64,000 nt of DNA from Mitosporidium daphniae (Eukaryota), in assembly GCF_000760515.2 (NCBI RefSeq), contig NW_013546667.1, forward strand, positions 1-64,000. Reading direction: 5' to 3'. Of the stretch, positions 60,350 through 64,000 are shown in pieces (position 1 is the stretch's first letter; every line of letters begins with the position of its first letter). Below the pieces are notes generated by a model, which had not been told where the DNA came from, searched no databases, and saw nothing but the letters and a program-made list of their open reading frames with translations. A program made the translations under genes and the position numbers.

Positions 60350-60383
60350 CCATTTCAATGCACATGCATGTGCATTGAAATGG
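60350..60383. repeat. Perfect 34-bp palindrome
   Basis: CCATTTCAATGCACATG|CATGTGCATTGAAATGG. Confidence 0.97.
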
Positions 60384-60464
60384 ACATCTCAAACGGGTGT
60401 AATCTTAAAATTTGGTCCAATGCAAGGTGTCACGCTTAAAAAGTCTGGCATTTATTATTAATAT

Positions 60465-62246
60465 TTACACGTTCATGCGTGGCATTGATTTTGAGCGAAA
60501 TTTGCATCTTTCTCTTGTGAAGGACGAGGAGGTTCGGCCAAGTGCTCCCCGTTCCAGCAGAGGGCTTTTCGGAGAAGATGGTGCAAAAAGACATCCATTG
60601 CCAGTTGGAGTGCTTAATAAGTGGTCGTTGTTTTTCAATAGAGACGATTTTGTTAATGATGGATCTACGGTCGGAAATAGCATAACCTCGGGGTCGAGCA
60701 TTATCGGATTGATGGATGGTTGTGTGGGGGTATTTAAAATTAAAGCAGAGATTTCATCAAAATTAGAGTGCATAATAATGGGCGAAGATGCTGAAGAAAG
60801 TGCTCCTTTCACAGAAGAAGAAGAAGATGATGATGATGACGAAGGGGCCCTTTTTCTTTTTGAAAATCGCCAAAAAATCCACCAATTTATGAAAATCGAA
60901 AATACAACGATCAAAAGAAGAAGAAACACCCCGTTTAATTCGGAATCCTTGTTCCAAAAATATACAAATCGCTCTATTTTCAACACATCATACAAATTGT
61001 TAATATACCCACTCCGAGCAATGCCTGGCTCTGTAACAGATTCCGGAAGGCGGCTCTCGAAAGAGCAGAAAGAAAAATTTACATCCCATGTTTGCACCTT
61101 GGCCATTGAGTGGCGCAGAGCATTTAGCTCGGACGAGGTTTCCAAAAGCTGAGAGGCAAGCGAATCCGTTTGGCTTTCAAGGAGCCCCACACGGTCAATA
61201 ATAAGCTTGAAAATGTTATTTCCAGATATTACGTCGGAAGATTCGCTTTCGTTCTTTTCAAAAAACAACGGGGACCCATCAGACGAATGGGCTTTAAATA
61301 GCGTTCGAAAGTGCTTGTTGGAGTCCAGCATTTGAAAAAGAAGGGAGAGATTGCTGTTAATATTTCGGTGGTGCGCATGGGCACGGTGCTGATTATTTTT
61401 GCTGGTATTGTTGTTGCTTGGGCAGGACCTTCGATGTTCGTTGATGTCGGGCGTTTCCTTGCCAGGATCTGCCTTTTTTGTGATTCTGAAATTTTCTTGG
61501 AAAGAGGTGTTCGAGTGAGGCATCGGGTTTTTTGCTATTTCTTGCCTCAAGTCATCAATCATGGTGGTTCCATATACGGCCAGAAATGTGACGGGGCAAT
61601 AAAACTCGTGCCCATAAAAGGATTCAAACTCAAACCTCAAGTATCGGACGAAAGAAGACGAGCCTTCTAAATTGAACACCTGCGGTCCTCGTGTAGGCGA
61701 AGCCTCCAAGTTTGCAATCAACTTCCAGTCTGGAGATTCGGCCCCATATCTTGCAGAGCCAAAAAGACCGACCTTCTTAAAAGAGCTCGAAAAATATTCC
61801 TCGTTGGAGAGCACAATGGTATCTATGCGTAGCTCGGAGCACAATTCAACGATTATGTTTGAAATGGAAGCAGAGTTGGTGATTTGTGTCTGCGTGGAGG
61901 TAAAGAGAAAGCTAGATAGCCACTTCAAAGTGGAGGAGGACTTGTAATTTGTGCATGGAATTAGCATGTAGACGTCTTTGTTGGGGCTCAAAATTGCGCT
62001 TGGAGATTTGATGCCCAAACTTGAATGTATCACCAGAGCGGCACATGCAGCACTTGCAAAGTTAAACCTCTCCTTTAAAACAGAAGAAAAAACCTTACTG
62101 CTGTTAAAGTAAGGTTTCACGCCGGAATAAATCGACGATGAATGGTTCTTTTGTGGGTGCGAGGACGGCGAAGACGGCCAGTGCCCATGGGTATTTGCCG
62201 ACGCCTGTCTTGAATCGCCACCAGAATGCACGGAGGACGACGCCAT
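60465..62246 (-). CDS. SLP1: Mid-SUN domain protein (Slp1/SUCO)
   Basis: RFNFASAACAA, NKD.YM..PC, N.E.FSS, YG.EFYCP...VYG.TM and NIFK.I..R; one TM segment. Confidence 0.9.
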   Translation of the reverse strand: MASSSVHSGGDSRQASANTHGHWPSSPSSHPQKNHSSSIYSGVKPYFNSSKVFSSVLKERFNFASAACAALVIHSSLGIKSPSAILSPNKDVYMLIPCTNYKSSSTLKWLSSFLFTSTQTQITNSASISNIIVELCSELRIDTIVLSNEEYFSSSFKKVGLFGSARYGAESPDWKLIANLEASPTRGPQVFNLEGSSSFVRYLRFEFESFYGHEFYCPVTFLAVYGTTMIDDLRQEIAKNPMPHSNTSFQENFRITKKADPGKETPDINEHRRSCPSNNNTSKNNQHRAHAHHRNINSNLSLLFQMLDSNKHFRTLFKAHSSDGSPLFFEKNESESSDVISGNNIFKLIIDRVGLLESQTDSLASQLLETSSELNALRHSMAKVQTWDVNFSFCSFESRLPESVTEPGIARSGYINNLYDVLKIERFVYFWNKDSELNGVFLLLLIVVFSIFINWWIFWRFSKRKRAPSSSSSSSSSSVKGALSSASSPIIMHSNFDEISALILNTPTQPSINPIMLDPEVMLFPTVDPSLTKSSLLKNNDHLLSTPTGNGCLFAPSSPKSPLLERGALGRTSSSFTRERCKFRSKSMPRMNV

Positions 62247-62304
62247 TGCAAAATTAAAAACAAGTAAAAGTTTGAGGGCATCCACGTTGTGTATTAATAA
62301 TTTA

Positions 62305-64000
62305 CTATACTACTGTTGTACTTGGCGGGTGATATTTTTCTTGATCAAACAATAATGGTTTTCTTGATATTTTGAGAGATGAAACGGGGCTTGGTTGCGG
62401 CCTGGCAAGCGTGGCCGATTTGGTGTCATCAATCGGCTCGACAATGTCCATCATGGCACATTTTTCGTGGTCAATGTAGGAAAATACTTCGTCATCCCGC
62501 TCCAAGGGGTTACTGGACCTTTCCCCAGGCCTTTCAAAATCCTCATATTCAGGCACACCCACCACCACCTTTTGCAGGAGCTTAAACAGCCCCGTCCCAA
62601 TAGGCATTGGCGTGCCCATAATGATACATTCAGATACGCCAAGAATATCGTCTTGTTTGCCACGAACAGCAGCGTCAAAAAGATGGTCTGTGGTTTTTTC
62701 AAAAGAAGCAAGCATGAGGACAGAATCCTTCATCTTGGAGATGCCAAACCTTGTGATTCCAAGTATTTCGCCTTTACAAGTCATCGTGTCTGCAAGAAGA
62801 GCAACATGCCTAGCATCAATGGTCATGCCGTGTTTGCTCATGGTATATTGGATTTCAGATGCAATGGTGGTACGGGCTGCCTCGATGCCCAAGATCTTTG
62901 AAATCTCAATGATGTGGTTGGAGGTCGTTTTTGAGGAAACAACACCTTCGGTAGACATGACGTCAAGAAGGCCATACCCTTCAACGAGAAGGTTGTAGCT
63001 TCCGTCATTGTTATCATTGATAACCGCTCTTTGTACACTGGGAATCCCAAGGACAACAACGGTCGGAAGTGCTCGTTTCAGCCGCTGCAATCTTAAATAC
63101 ATATTTTCGTTGACAGCCAATTTTGGAGGAAGATATACGCGAAGCGTATCTGGTGGCTCGACCAGTATTTGGCTTTCATTAAGCTTGAGCTTGGGAGCAA
63201 CAGAAAGCGTCTTTTGGATCTGAAAAATATCAATCTCAAGCTGTAGGGCTCGAATGGTTTCCAGGCTCAGCTTGATGCGAAGATACGATTCCGAGGGTGT
63301 ATATACCTCCTCAATATGCTCGGAAAGGTCCCCGAGCCGAGTTACTTCCACTCGACCTTTGATGATACGCGCGGCCACTTGATCGCGATCAGAGACAAGC
63401 ATTGCTGTTATGATTGGCGTTGATATCAGTTTGGAAGCATTGATGATTTCCTTAATCCTTGGCACACCAAGGGTAATATTCATGGATGCAACGCCAGCAA
63501 AATGGAAAGTCTTCAAAGTCATTTGAGTTCCAGGTTCGCCGATAGATTGGGCACCAAGAGCTCCAACCGCAGTGCCGGGCTCTATACGTGCGCGTCGATA
63601 CTTGCATAGGCATGTTTTTAGAAACAATGAAAGCTGCTCCTTAGACAAGCCCGAAATTTGGGCTTTGTTTTCCGGTACCATGGCAAAGGCGTTTGCATCT
63701 TCCAGAGGCTTGCAGCAATATTTGACCACAAAGGAACGCAAGGACGAAATAAAAGCCTCTGTACATTTGGCAGGAAAATCTAGCTCTTCAACCATGTGTT
63801 CAAATTCACCATAAACCTGGTCACAAGTCAGTCCAACGTTCCATTTCAGCGGGAGAATGGCCTAAAAATCGATTAAGCGTGCAATCAAATACCTTGATGT
63901 GCATCAAATTACGGGCAAAATTTACCGGAAAATCGTCTCCCTCCATCGAAGCAGGATCAAGACCGTCGTCGCCAAAGCAAAACTGAACAACATTGCCGGT
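62305..64000 (-). CDS. RPC1: RNA polymerase III largest subunit, 3' part
   Basis: [41 protein letters not shown] and GVSECIIMG; no CTD heptads. Confidence 0.95.

Noticed and set aside
62246..62285. GTG-initiated signal peptide for SLP1
   Set aside because: The hydrophobic stretch is short and overlaps the AT-rich start-proximal motif; the evidence is insufficient.

Overview
Very gene-dense eukaryotic nuclear DNA with about 47 protein-coding genes in 64 kb. It has roughly 80-85 spliceosomal introns, mostly 21-36 nt, and intergenic spacers often under 50 bp. The gene set and architecture look like a compact fungal-affiliated genome, most consistent with an early-diverging Rozellomycota/microsporidia relative such as Mitosporidium or Paramicrosporidium; this is inference and was not verified. 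Most genes are housekeeping (ALG14, MVD1, BNA2, TEL2, DPM2, catalase, PRP2, TAH18, KRS1, TyrRS, SPF1, ATG1, MSS4, PSA1, GPI10, DBR1, CSM3, H3, TRM6, FIGNL1, UTP5, NOB1, RPS27, TFIIB, TRS23, SLP1, RPC1). No rRNA, tRNA, CRISPR or recognisable transposase was found. The main observations are: (1) a Tom20 import receptor fused to a MYND/SET (SMYD-like) domain with altered cofactor motifs; (2) a non-opisthokont-type TyrRS; (3) a signal-peptide-bearing small heat-shock protein; (4) a candidate non-AUG mitochondrial extension on LysRS; (5) an intergenic multi-hairpin element with a perfect 34-bp palindrome; (6) frequent GC-AG micro-introns and stop-free in-frame introns; (7) a divergent histone H3. 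All gene calls rest on motif recognition by eye, and exon boundaries were placed manually.
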